Source: Candidatus Thalassarchaeum sp.
GTDB lineage: Archaea > Thermoplasmatota > Poseidoniia > Poseidoniales > Thalassarchaeaceae
Reading direction: 5' to 3'
Assembly: GCA_965658085.1 (NCBI GenBank)
Contig: CBFHQW010000001.1
Coordinates: 1-50,423, forward strand
Length of the DNA: 50,423 nucleotides
Shown here: positions 18,801 through 27,800 of the stretch, in pieces
Position numbering within the stretch: position 1 is the first letter of the stretch
How the letters are laid out: each line of letters begins with the position of its first letter
Translations under genes and position numbers: made by a program
The notes under the pieces: model-generated
Databases searched by the model: none
What the model was told of the DNA's origin: nothing
The model's input: the letters and a program-made list of their open reading frames with translations, nothing else

Positions 18801-19092
18801 GTGCAAGGATGGCTCAACGCAGCCTGAACAGGGGCAGACGAACTGCATTGAGCCTGACAACTCTGTACTCATGATGGGTGCGGCAGCGGGCGTCGCAGCG
18901 ATCGGATTCATAGTAATCTATACTCAGTCCCAGAAAAAGGAGAAGGCACCAAAACGCCGTAAGAAAATAGACTCTAAACTCGGTCATTTGGGTGATCAGA
19001 AGGGCAAGCGCAGGAAATCTCCCGCTAAGGGCAAGCGCAGAAAGCGACCCGCTAAGGGCAAGCGCAGAAAGCGACCTCCTCAAGGTGAGTGA
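15820..19092 (+). CDS. Large surface protein: signal/anchor, 7-blade RCC1-like beta-propeller, ~15 ephrin-receptor-like (GCC2_GCC3) Cys modules, TM helix and Lys/Arg-rich tail
   Basis: Seven C-W-G-x-N-x-x-G-Q-x-G-D-G blades (for example CWGLNTVGQIGDGTT, CWGKNDVGQFGDGTT). About 33-aa modules of the form C.pGTYQp..Gq..C.da..G.Y........q..C. TM helix MMGAAAGVAAIGFIVIY, then a KKEKAPKRRKK... tail. Confidence 0.8.
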   Translation: MRQPSRHQNVLPIALVILLLGMSASVTIDSGDRSKLAEDKPALETHANSTLHFPGSQAGSIYSSSTVSASYDNTCAVLDNNSVKCWGEGQVGRGGWGDNSDRRTPTHVLLGWQSGTPSLATEVGQGSGASGHHTCTIMVDGTIQCWGEDFSGQIGHGGNSGWHTTPYPVAMPAGKTAIQVSNGGHHTCAIMDDHSLYCWGENSEGIVGTGQRGNDHTTPYPIDLPAGRTAVAVSTGWKNSCVILDDGTGMCWGLNTVGQIGDGTTTNRDEPTPITILPTSSTLAAIAIGGGGGTGATNGSESGTTTCALLNNGSVACWGKNDVGQFGDGTTISSTSPKYALLPPGRTAISIDVGRFHACSILDDNSSVCWGNNTDGQIGDGTTITRLTPTYVDFPNGHFSTISTGQYHTCGIASNASVHCWGKHEDGALGLGTSDGVNIQDSDIPAYVELGDINPNSTVLASASLGERDHDNDGIVSIFDSTPWVAESCSPGQYLSGLQCIDASPGHHVPYHDMTEQYECYPGTYQPNYGQSSCIDTSPGYFTDVNGSIDQSPCFAGTYQPADGQSSCIDVDRGNYSDAGLAYQIPCPPGTYQPDPGQPSCLDADPGNYVSEPQQFDQTKCSPGTYQPVAGKTGCFLATEGHYAPGFGSTDQLACEPGTYAPSSGMDSCHPADPGYYVTDGGGIAQMACPAGSHQPTPASIGCSLVDPGHYAPEPGTPFQIPCPAGNYQPGTGSQDCIEVASGHYAPGPAATSQTECDAGSYAPESGMGECLFADPGHHVPDVGSDSQTACSAGYHQPASGASECLVNQIGHYTDESGIAEQIPCSPGTYQSMIGATSCSEADYGFHVPNSGSAGQEGCLIGTYQSHTGQSECIDAEAGHYVDTREAAVSTACERGTYQPEKGQTECIDADAGKHVPSAGSPTQTPCERGTFQEMMAQAECIDSQPGYYVSTSGADYQTACKAGTYQDNAGKMSCKEADVDHFVAESAATNQEKCKDGSTQPEQGQTNCIEPDNSVLMMGAAAGVAAIGFIVIYTQSQKKEKAPKRRKKIDSKLGHLGDQKGKRRKSPAKGKRRKRPAKGKRRKRPPQGE
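17284..18860 (+). repeat. Protein-level tandem array of ~15-16 two-Cys modules (~99-102 nt each), diverged at the DNA level
   Basis: Recurrent ...GTYQP..GQ..C... units run from CSPGQYLSGLQC to CKDGSTQPEQGQTNC. Confidence 0.75.
19000..19080 (+). repeat. 3 x 27-bp near-perfect tandem repeat inside the CDS
   Basis: AAGGGCAAGCGCAG(G/A)AA(A/G)(T/C)(C/G)(T/A)CC(C/T)(G/C)CT at 19000-19026, 19027-19053 and 19054-19080. It encodes KGKRRKSPA / KGKRRKRPA / KGKRRKRPP. Confidence 0.9.
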
Positions 19093-19136
19093 AGGCCTAG
19101 CGCACTTGATATGCGAGAGGGGCTCAGGGAGGTCCT

Positions 19137-20204
19137 GTGAAGGACTATCCGGGTGAACGAGTCGACCTGCGCAGTGACACGGTCACACAGCCCACACCTC
19201 CGATGCGCGAGGCGATGGCAGCAGCGGTAGTGGGCGATGATGTCCTAGGCGACGACCCCACCGTGATAGAGCTGCAGAATCGCATTGCAGAGATGCTTGG
19301 AAAAGAGGCCGCACTGTTCGTTCCTTCTGGGACTATGTCCAATGCGGTAGCAATCAAATCGCAGACCAAGCCTGGCGACGAAATTGTCACCCATCGCAAG
19401 AGCCACATCTACATGTACGAGGCAGGCGGTTACGCGGTACTAGCAGGATGCTCAATCTCCTTGGTTGAAGGGGAGATGGGACAAATGTCTCCTGAAGATG
19501 TTCAGAGGGCAATTCGAAAGGTAGCCGGAAGCGATTCACATTATCCAGAATGCACTCTGATTTGTGTTGAGAATACAGCAAATGTAGGAGGCGGGTCAAT
19601 CTACAATCAGGAGACTTTGGATGCAATCTGTGAAGTCGCACATAAGAACGACTGTCGTGCCCACATGGATGGTGCAAGGATGTTCAATGCAGTTGTTGCC
19701 AGTGGTACCGATCCAGCAAGGATGGTTAGAGACTTCGATACTATCTCGATATGTTTGTCAAAGGGCCTTGGTGCACCCATAGGCTCCGTCCTTGTAGGGG
19801 ATGCCGCTACCATTGCCGAGGCTCACAGATGGCGCAAGATGTTTGGTGGAGGCATGAGGCAGTCAGGGATACTCGCAGCCGCTGGATTGTATGCCTTGGA
19901 GAACAATATCGATAGACTCGGAGAGGACCACGCCCGAGCCCGGCGCCTCGCCGAAGCATTGGACGCCATGGAGGCGTATTCAATTGACCTTGGAGCAGTG
20001 CAGTCAAACATGGTGTACATCAATTGTAAGAAGGATGGAGCAAAGAATCTCGTCAATAGCCTAGCCGAGCAGGGCGTCGATGTTCTAGACTTAGAGCAGG
20101 GTGTTGACTATGGTGATATATCCACTGTCAGAGCGGTAGTGCATCTGCACATCACCGATGAGGATGTCGACCGGGTCATCGCTGCTTTCGATGCCGCTCA
20201 ATGA
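19137..20204 (+). CDS. ltaE: Low-specificity L-threonine aldolase
   Basis: [18 protein letters not shown]...[12 protein letters not shown]......[14 protein letters not shown] is the classic family N-terminus. GTG start. Confidence 0.85.
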   Translation: MKDYPGERVDLRSDTVTQPTPPMREAMAAAVVGDDVLGDDPTVIELQNRIAEMLGKEAALFVPSGTMSNAVAIKSQTKPGDEIVTHRKSHIYMYEAGGYAVLAGCSISLVEGEMGQMSPEDVQRAIRKVAGSDSHYPECTLICVENTANVGGGSIYNQETLDAICEVAHKNDCRAHMDGARMFNAVVASGTDPARMVRDFDTISICLSKGLGAPIGSVLVGDAATIAEAHRWRKMFGGGMRQSGILAAAGLYALENNIDRLGEDHARARRLAEALDAMEAYSIDLGAVQSNMVYINCKKDGAKNLVNSLAEQGVDVLDLEQGVDYGDISTVRAVVHLHITDEDVDRVIAAFDAAQ

Positions 20205-21175
20205 CCCGGAAGCATTCAATATCCCAATATGCAGGGACTAATGTGAGAGTGACGCCATTTCTCTTGGTCGCACTGCTTCTAACAGCCTCAACCCAAGTCA
20301 TTGCTACCAGTGAGCAGAGCTCGATGTGGATCGATGCAAGACGAGGAGCCGACGGAGGAGTCCTCGGTGCTCTAGAGATTCCTCTGACCAATGAGACAAC
20401 AGACAGTGAAACCTCACTCAACTACTCTGAGATGACTCCAGTCGTCGAAGTCTACACCGCCACATGGTGTTTCAACTGCGTGACCACAGAGCAGGCCCTT
20501 GACGAGGCCATAGGTGATTCTGATATCATGCGTATCCATTACCACAGGCACAGGTCCGAACCAGAGGACCCCTTCGGCAACAATGCCACGGAACATCGCT
20601 GGGAGTCTACTTACGGCGACGCCTCGAATGCAGAGGCGGGATTGTCCAGAGTGGCTCCGTCCACGGTGTTTGATGGTGAGAGGATGCATTTGGGGACCTC
20701 ACCGAGCTCAAGCACCCTCACGAACGATTACTCTACATCATTGGCCACCGGATCTTCTTGGAGCTTCATAGGAACCGCTCAGTTCTCTGTTTCTGTTACC
20801 GAATCAGGTGAGACGAAGTTCTCATGGAACATCACCGATTTGAGTGTTGACAACGATGATGTGCACTGGACATTTACTCTGACACCATGGCTTCTCTTTG
20901 TCGAGGACAGCGCCAGTTTCCCAGACGGCTCGAATGGTGTCGAGGACTACCTGCATGTGCTGCATGATGCCATTGAATTGGATGGATTAGAAGGCTCCAT
21001 GATTGTAGAATCTCCATCGGCATGGGATGGTGATGATGTCTCAGCCGTGCTGTTAATAGATTGGTCAAAGAGAGGGCCTTCAGTTTGTTGCGGCCCCTCT
21101 CTACCGGGGCCGGGGATGGTAGCCGTAATGCTGTGTTTCCTTGTTGCTTCTCTGCCGTCACGCAGAGAGCGATGA
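20201..21175 (+). CDS. Secreted thioredoxin-fold-like protein with a single CxxC and a C-terminal hydrophobic anchor
   Basis: N-terminal signal ([16 protein letters not shown]). [19 protein letters not shown] is DUF1223/thioredoxin-like. The C-terminal [24 protein letters not shown] is PGF-CTERM-like. ATGA overlap with ltaE. Confidence 0.45.
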   Translation: MTRKHSISQYAGTNVRVTPFLLVALLLTASTQVIATSEQSSMWIDARRGADGGVLGALEIPLTNETTDSETSLNYSEMTPVVEVYTATWCFNCVTTEQALDEAIGDSDIMRIHYHRHRSEPEDPFGNNATEHRWESTYGDASNAEAGLSRVAPSTVFDGERMHLGTSPSSSTLTNDYSTSLATGSSWSFIGTAQFSVSVTESGETKFSWNITDLSVDNDDVHWTFTLTPWLLFVEDSASFPDGSNGVEDYLHVLHDAIELDGLEGSMIVESPSAWDGDDVSAVLLIDWSKRGPSVCCGPSLPGPGMVAVMLCFLVASLPSRRER

Positions 21176-21235
21176 TATCTTAGATTCGATATCAGACCCT
21201 TAGGTGGGTTGAATAACCCCACCCCACCATTATGT

Positions 21236-24200
21236 ATGCTCGGTGATGCCATGTCCTCGGAAACCCTCGTTCAAGTGACTTGTGAAGAGGTGCCTAGGGG
21301 CAATAGCCCGGCATGGCTCACAGAGCATATTCTGAGACAGTCGTTGGGTCCAACAGGATCCGAGTCAGATCTCTCAGGAAGAGTTCTGGTCGTCTACCCT
21401 ACTGATGAATCCAGAAAGCAGGCTCTTGCTGAAATGCCGATAAATCAGGCGATTGACAGCACACTCCACCATACCATCGACTCTCTAAAGTCCTCACTGG
21501 TGGCGGATTTGAGGTTGCCAAGGGTTCTGAGCACTGAGGGCGGCTTTGAACTGGTGTTGCATGAGGCCTGTCGTCGCGAGGCGGCAAGGCTAGCATTTCC
21601 GATGATTAATCCACTGCCGGAGATGAGGTGGGGCAGGGGAAAGACCGCAGCTCTGGCGGAGTTGCACTCGTACCTGACGCGAGAGTCGGCCGAGGCCGCT
21701 TGGGACGGCCCAGGGATCGTTTCCTTTGGCTTCATCATCAGGAAGCTCGAGAGGCGATTGGGAGGAACTCACCCTGATTTGGTCGCCTCTCGCATCATCG
21801 GTGGATTGAACAGAGGGGAGAAGCCGTTCTCTCTGCTCGATGTCGATGGCATAATCATGCTCGACCATCCTCCAGAGCTCCCCCTCTCGCACATTGAACT
21901 CATGCTAGCAGTTTCGAGGCACTGCCCCATCCACCAATTGGCCCACCCAGGCAACTTTAGGCTTGGACACCACGGTATGCTCCTACTGGATCAACACCCA
22001 ATCAAGACCCAATCAGACCTTCCTCCATGGGTGCCGCCGCACCAGCCAGAATCAACTCCTCCCGAGTCGTCTGCCGAGCGCATGCTGCTGCAGAGGGAGA
22101 AACATTCCTTCGAGGTGACGATTGAGTTGATACGAGAACGTCTTGAGTCAAACACTTCTTCCCATCTTATCATCGTGGATCCGGCGCTGGAATCTAACCT
22201 ACCACAATGGAAGAGGTGTCTGAAGGCACTTGGGGTACCACTTCCTCCTTCGCGCCAACCGGCACACACTCATTCTCTGGGCCACTGGCTAATCGCTTTG
22301 GCAACCCTGCCCCACGGTCCCGATGCATTCTCCCTTGAGGCATTGAGGTCTTTCTCTCTGCAAGCGACACTCAAGCCATTCGAAAGCCCCGATGCTCACC
22401 CCACGGAGAACAAGATCAGTCCGCTTGCCGACCCCGACATGTTGACGGAAATGGCTCGCAGCGAGCATGTGCTGGGTGGCCCCGGAGCTCTCGCTAGATG
22501 GCTACAGACGATAGCGAGACCGCCGATATCGGAGCGCGACCAGTTCAGAAAAGAGTCGACGCAGTGGTGGCTTCTTTGCCTCGTTGATTCCCTGAGGCCA
22601 CTACTCACGGGGGAGGACCGCGCAGTCCTCGATGAGGCCAGCAGGGTGGGCTGCCACACAGGGCAAAAACTCCCGATGATTGAGTCTTCAGCCAGTGCCG
22701 ATAACTGGCTGCTCTCCATACTCGGAATGATTGACCTAGAGTCCGCGATGGAGTCGTGTGACGGCGAGGGCCCCACTCCGTCAGCGGTGGCTCAAGCCGT
22801 AGTCAAGGACATTCAGGCGCTCAGGTCGATGCAGTCCAGTATGGGTCACAACGCACCTAAAATGGGTCCAAAATGGGTTGATGAGTTCATTCCACTTGTC
22901 CGCTCCTCAAGCATCCAAAGCGGCTCTTCACTAGCCTCTGGAAGGGTCAGGGTACTCACTCCATCTGCCGCTCTCGGCTGCACTGCCGATACCATCATTT
23001 TAGCAAATCTGTCGAGCTCCTCGTGGGATCTCAGAGCCCCGAAGATGGCCTTTCTCGGCGACGAGGAGAGACATTCACTGGACCTGCTCCGACCGGATGG
23101 CCCAATCAGAGCAGCAAGGCACCAACTCGAACACCTTCTCGCCGCGGCTCCCGAAGTCTTAGTCCTCGATCCGAGCCTCGATGATGCGTCCCCGGCAGCC
23201 GCTCCTATTCGAGAGTGGGCAGCAGCTCACGACCCTGATGACGCCGCCGAGGTGATGCGCACCGAGCCCGAGCAACCGGTCAGTCCACGCGATCTCAAGC
23301 AGTCCGACGGAATTTCTCTCAGGAACATGCTTCCTCCAGCCCGAGCACCCCTCAACCCCAGTGCCATATCAGTATCAATGGACTCGGAATTGCAGCGCAA
23401 TCGCGAGAGACGGCAACCGAGTCATGCCGATGACGATGGATACCTAGCCCTAACTTCTGTCCAACACCTGTTCTCTATTGACAGGACAGATCTGACCCGT
23501 CGGACTCCGCCTGGCATCGAACCTCCTCGCTCGCACGACAGGTGGCCCGTGGTTGGAGGATTTGTCGCTGGAGGCAAGAGGACCCCTACCATCGACCCCC
23601 GACCATTCGTCCCTCATGCAACTGGTACGAATGTCAGCGATTCGAGGCACGGTCATTCAGTAGGAGCCGAGCAGGATGTCCCTATCTGGTCGCCGAGTAG
23701 GCTACATTACTGGCTCAAGTGCCCGAGAATGGGTTGGTTGTCGAATGGACTCAGGGCAGAGGAGGACGAACTGCAGGCTGAGGACTTAGATCCCCGCACC
23801 CACGGTGAGTTACTTCACAATGTCCATCACGATCTAATCTGTCAGACTCTTGGGTTCGAAATTGGTATTGAGAGGCCTTTCGGAGAAGGCAGCTCTGTCA
23901 GCAGCGTCGCCCAATCTGGCAGGAGCGAGGATGAGCTGATGCAAATAGTACTTGAGTCTCTAGACAGCCGAGCCCCTTGGCTCGACAGGACTGACGCGGT
24001 TTCTACTCATAGGCTGATGATACTGACTGGGATGAGCAGAGACGAGTGGAATCGATGGTTGACTAATCCCTGCCCTGTACCACCATCGGGAAGGGTCGGG
24101 ACTATCGTAAGGGCCGAATCAACAGTCAGTCATGCCTCACCGGTATGCCTAGAATGGAGCGTGGCTGATTTCGATGAGAAAGGAATCGAGATATCGATAC

Positions 24201-24823
24201 CAAAGAACCTCTCTGGTGGCGAGCAGCTCCCGCCGATTCGGGTTCGAGGCTACATAGACAGGGTCGACATCCTACCAATAGATGAGTCCACTAAAGAGTG
24301 GCTAGATCCTGATGGTGAGGAGAGCGTCGCTCCACTCAGAATCCACGGTTCGGGGTGGAGACCGCGCCGCTTAGTGGCAATTAGGGACCTCAAGACCTCT
24401 GAAAGCAAGGCCGCAAAGATACGACATTCCGACGGATTGCTCGATGAACTCCAATTGGCGTTGTACGCGAGGGCATGGGAGATTGCTCACCCAGGTGACT
24501 TGGTGGTCGCTGCTGGGATCTCCCTGTTCAGTCACCACACCGAGCACATGCTGGAACTATCTTCGCATTACTCTGCAGCTCACAGGGATCTCCTACTCGG
24601 TACTCGTACGGACATCACCACATCACTGCACAGATTTCCCGACGAGCCGCCTTCTCCGCACAGTGACCACTTCAGGGCATGGCTCACACAGCGCCTAGCA
24701 GTGGCGCTACGTGTCGCAGCCGGGGCTGCTGCGGGAAGAGTCCACCCGACCCCCTCACCAGGAGTGTGTGGTTACTGTCCGGTGAGGAATGTCTGCGAAG
24801 TCAGGATGGAGGCTGGTTTCTGA
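21236..24823 (+). CDS. addB: AddB/RexB-like subunit: no P-loop, C-terminal Cas4/AddB-type Fe-S PD-(D/E)XK nuclease
   Basis: Cys at 23720 (LKCPRMGW). RGYIDRVD. IRDLKTSE (D 24386, K 24392). QLALYARAW. CGYCPVRNVC (Cys at 24767, 24776 and 24794). I found no GxGKT. The start is ambiguous: TTG 21209, ATG 21236 or ATG 21251. Confidence 0.65.
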   Translation: MLGDAMSSETLVQVTCEEVPRGNSPAWLTEHILRQSLGPTGSESDLSGRVLVVYPTDESRKQALAEMPINQAIDSTLHHTIDSLKSSLVADLRLPRVLSTEGGFELVLHEACRREAARLAFPMINPLPEMRWGRGKTAALAELHSYLTRESAEAAWDGPGIVSFGFIIRKLERRLGGTHPDLVASRIIGGLNRGEKPFSLLDVDGIIMLDHPPELPLSHIELMLAVSRHCPIHQLAHPGNFRLGHHGMLLLDQHPIKTQSDLPPWVPPHQPESTPPESSAERMLLQREKHSFEVTIELIRERLESNTSSHLIIVDPALESNLPQWKRCLKALGVPLPPSRQPAHTHSLGHWLIALATLPHGPDAFSLEALRSFSLQATLKPFESPDAHPTENKISPLADPDMLTEMARSEHVLGGPGALARWLQTIARPPISERDQFRKESTQWWLLCLVDSLRPLLTGEDRAVLDEASRVGCHTGQKLPMIESSASADNWLLSILGMIDLESAMESCDGEGPTPSAVAQAVVKDIQALRSMQSSMGHNAPKMGPKWVDEFIPLVRSSSIQSGSSLASGRVRVLTPSAALGCTADTIILANLSSSSWDLRAPKMAFLGDEERHSLDLLRPDGPIRAARHQLEHLLAAAPEVLVLDPSLDDASPAAAPIREWAAAHDPDDAAEVMRTEPEQPVSPRDLKQSDGISLRNMLPPARAPLNPSAISVSMDSELQRNRERRQPSHADDDGYLALTSVQHLFSIDRTDLTRRTPPGIEPPRSHDRWPVVGGFVAGGKRTPTIDPRPFVPHATGTNVSDSRHGHSVGAEQDVPIWSPSRLHYWLKCPRMGWLSNGLRAEEDELQAEDLDPRTHGELLHNVHHDLICQTLGFEIGIERPFGEGSSVSSVAQSGRSEDELMQIVLESLDSRAPWLDRTDAVSTHRLMILTGMSRDEWNRWLTNPCPVPPSGRVGTIVRAESTVSHASPVCLEWSVADFDEKGIEISIPKNLSGGEQLPPIRVRGYIDRVDILPIDESTKEWLDPDGEESVAPLRIHGSGWRPRRLVAIRDLKTSESKAAKIRHSDGLLDELQLALYARAWEIAHPGDLVVAAGISLFSHHTEHMLELSSHYSAAHRDLLLGTRTDITTSLHRFPDEPPSPHSDHFRAWLTQRLAVALRVAAGAAAGRVHPTPSPGVCGYCPVRNVCEVRMEAGF

Positions 24824-27800
24824 TGCGTCTGAATACCGCCCAACGCCTCGCACTCAATTTGGATGCGCACATAGTCGTCGACGCTGGGGCAGGCACTGGC
24901 AAGACCAGTACGATAGTTGATCGCGTCATCGAGCACTATCTGACCGAGGATCAGAGAGCAACCCGACTACTCCCCAAGCCCGAGCGTCCATCCAAGTTGC
25001 AAGGAGGTATGATAGCCGCCCCAGCAGCAGAGCGCATAGATCTCAGGGAGTGGGGGGGCTTGCTTCCAGGGGAAGTAGTGCTGCTGACCTTCACCAACCG
25101 TGCAGCCGATGAGATGAGAGACAGACTGCGACGAAGCATCGCCCGGCTGCGGCCCGGCCCCATAGGGGATGACGGGACTTGGCGCAGCGACCCTAGAATC
25201 AGGCACAAGGGATTCAGCGAACAACTCCTGACGTTGCTAGAGGACGCACCAATAGGAACCATCGATGCGTTCCTCAATCAACTGGTCTCGCCGTACCGAG
25301 GTATCCTCGGAGACGCTCTAAGCCGAGACAACGTCTCGGACGCAGGCAGGATTATGCTGGTGGAGTCTGCCTTGAACACTCTCTGGAGGTTGCCGAGTTC
25401 GGTCTCTCACATCGGAGAGGCGGTTGATGCGGGCATCCCGGCCGAAATCGCTTCAGATGTACTAGCAGCCAGAGACAGGATTGCGCGACATTACTCAGGG
25501 CGGCGCTCTGCAGCTAGGGTGCTGCGCAGTTTGGTGGGAAGTTCCGTGTTCATCGAGGAGGCAGCTCGCAGGATAATGGATGGCGACACCATCACCTCCG
25601 AGTTGCTGCACCAGCAGATTATGGCATCAGTAGATGCCAACGAGGTCGCCAAACACGCGACTGAGGTCCATTCTATTGCACAGCGTTTCTGCGATTTGGT
25701 AAGGGAAAATTCAGCATCCATGGCGCTCACTGGATGGCCGGCCGATTCTAGGATGGCCTGCTTGGACTCCCTATGTAGCGAGGGGCCGCCTGAAGACGCA
25801 TGGGGGCAACTGACATGGCTGAGCCACACTCTAGTCTGCACCCTCAACTCATCAGCCCTAATGAAGAATAATCCGGCTTTCTTCCCTCATTCTCATCTCC
25901 CATCTGATTCATGGGAGGCTGGTATAGAGAAGTACTCGAGAATTCCAGACGCGCGCTCCAAGGCACGCGTCAAGGATGAAATCAGTGACATAGTAATCGA
26001 TCTCAAAGCCGCTTGGTCCTCCGACCGCGGCAGACTGATGCTGCACTTCACGCGAGTTGCCATGCTGCTCAGTGACTCAACTCCTCCGGCTTCTCCCGCA
26101 GATTGGACTCCCCCGTTATCCCCTCTTCAGATTCCTCTACCTGAACGAATCGATGGCCCCGCTTCCAGTCACTACTTTTCTCTCGATGCCGAAGTTCGCA
26201 ACCTACAGGACCTATACCTCGCTCATCGGGGCTTCCAAGGTATCATCAGGAAACTCAAGGAGAGGGACGAGGTCCACGACTTCGACGACATCCAGAGACT
26301 AGCCGGAGATTTGCTTTTGGCTAACTGCCCCTCAACATGCAGATCGTTCTACCACTCTTCGATGCAGGATGCTCTGGACTCGTTGACGGATAGCCCATGG
26401 CGTGATGATCACATCGATGCGGCGTTCGCAGCCCTCGAGCGTCTGGAGGCCAATCCTAGTATGGCCGGGGAGGCAGCTTCGAGCCTCGGCGCCATCCGCG
26501 CCGACCTCGAGGGCAGGTATAGCCTGCTGATGACAATCAGGAGACGCTACCGAGCCTTCATCATCGACGAGGCCCAAGACAACTCACCACTCCAGTGGAG
26601 GCTACTCTCGAGGTTATGGGGCGAGAGGCGCGTAGACGAAGGCGAACCGAACGCCCCCGACACTCCATGGCAGCCAACAGTTTGCTACGTGGGAGACGTT
26701 AAGCAGAGCATTTACGCATTCAGACAGGCAGAGGTCACCGGCTTCCTTGAATTCGCGAGGCAGTTGATGGCGGTTAACGACCACGAACTGGCGGGAGTCC
26801 CAGAGTTAACACGCAAGCCAGCGCTCAGAAAAGACTCCCACAGTCGCGATCCAAGGAACGCACACTCTCTGACCATCGTAACAGCCACTGAGTACATGGA
26901 ACAGGGAGGGAGGGATCTAGTGGCTTGGATACCCTTCGACGCGACCGATCGCGACCTGCCCGCCCCGAGTGGGGCTGAGGTCAAGAACCGCAGGAGGGGA
27001 CTGATTGCTCTGCAGGTGAACTATCGTACCAGCGGGGGACTTCTGAGAGCGATGAACGAGTGGTGGGAAGACGTCTTTTCAGATAGACACCGACTTTTTC
27101 CCAACGGTGATTTCTACGCCACCCCTCAGACGTTATTCGCATGCCCAGACAAGCGCGATACCCCAGGAGCCATTGAGTGGATATGTCCTTTGAGCACCGG
27201 TGGAGATTCCAATCCTCCCACTGACTTGACCACGCACCTAGATCCGTTTGGTGAGGGCAAGCCAGACTCTCTCGAGCGCCAGGCCCTGCTGATAGCTCGA
27301 CGCGTTGGCAGCCTCATCGACGGTTCACCAGTCAGTGTTAGGTCGGCAGATGGGAAGTGGCATCAGGTGGATGCTGAAGACCCCGTTTCTCCCAGTGAAA
27401 TCATGATACTGCTTCCCACTAGGCCGAATATCAGGGACGTGGTCATCAGACATCTCCATGACCACGGAATTCCAGCTCAGGCAGACCGGGAGGGAGGGTT
27501 GCTGGACAGACCGGCCGCACACGCCCTTGAGGGGTTGCTACAGTTTGTCGCTAGACCTAGGTCGCGCCACCACGCTTCCTGGGTAGCCCGCTCCGTCCTG
27601 ATTGGCTTGGACGACTCCCAGTTGCAGGACTACATCGGAGGTGCACAACGGGGGGAAGATTTGCTGTCCCGACTAGTGGAGCATTGCTCGAGCGATTCTC
27701 AACGGGCCTTGGTAGAGAGGTGGCAACAATTGTCCGAATCGGGACGTCTAATTGATCTGCTGGATGAGACCATAGACAGGTCTGATTTACTTACTGCCCA

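Noticed and set aside
16476-18817. Several long minus-strand ORFs (16476-17063, 16979-17401, 18239-18817) inside the surface-protein gene
   Set aside because: The plus-strand frame shows regular RCC1 and two-Cys repeats. The antisense ORFs are by-products of the repetitive, stop-poor coding sequence.
19000-19080. Possible CRISPR-like or minisatellite array
   Set aside because: There are only three directly abutting 27-bp units with no spacers. They are in frame within a CDS and encode a basic peptide repeat.
24679-24822. 5' extension of the addA-like ORF (MAHTAPSSG...)
   Set aside because: It lies inside the addB-like nuclease/Cys-cluster coding region in another frame. The helicase Q-motif region starts right after the ATG at 24823, which overlaps the addB stop.
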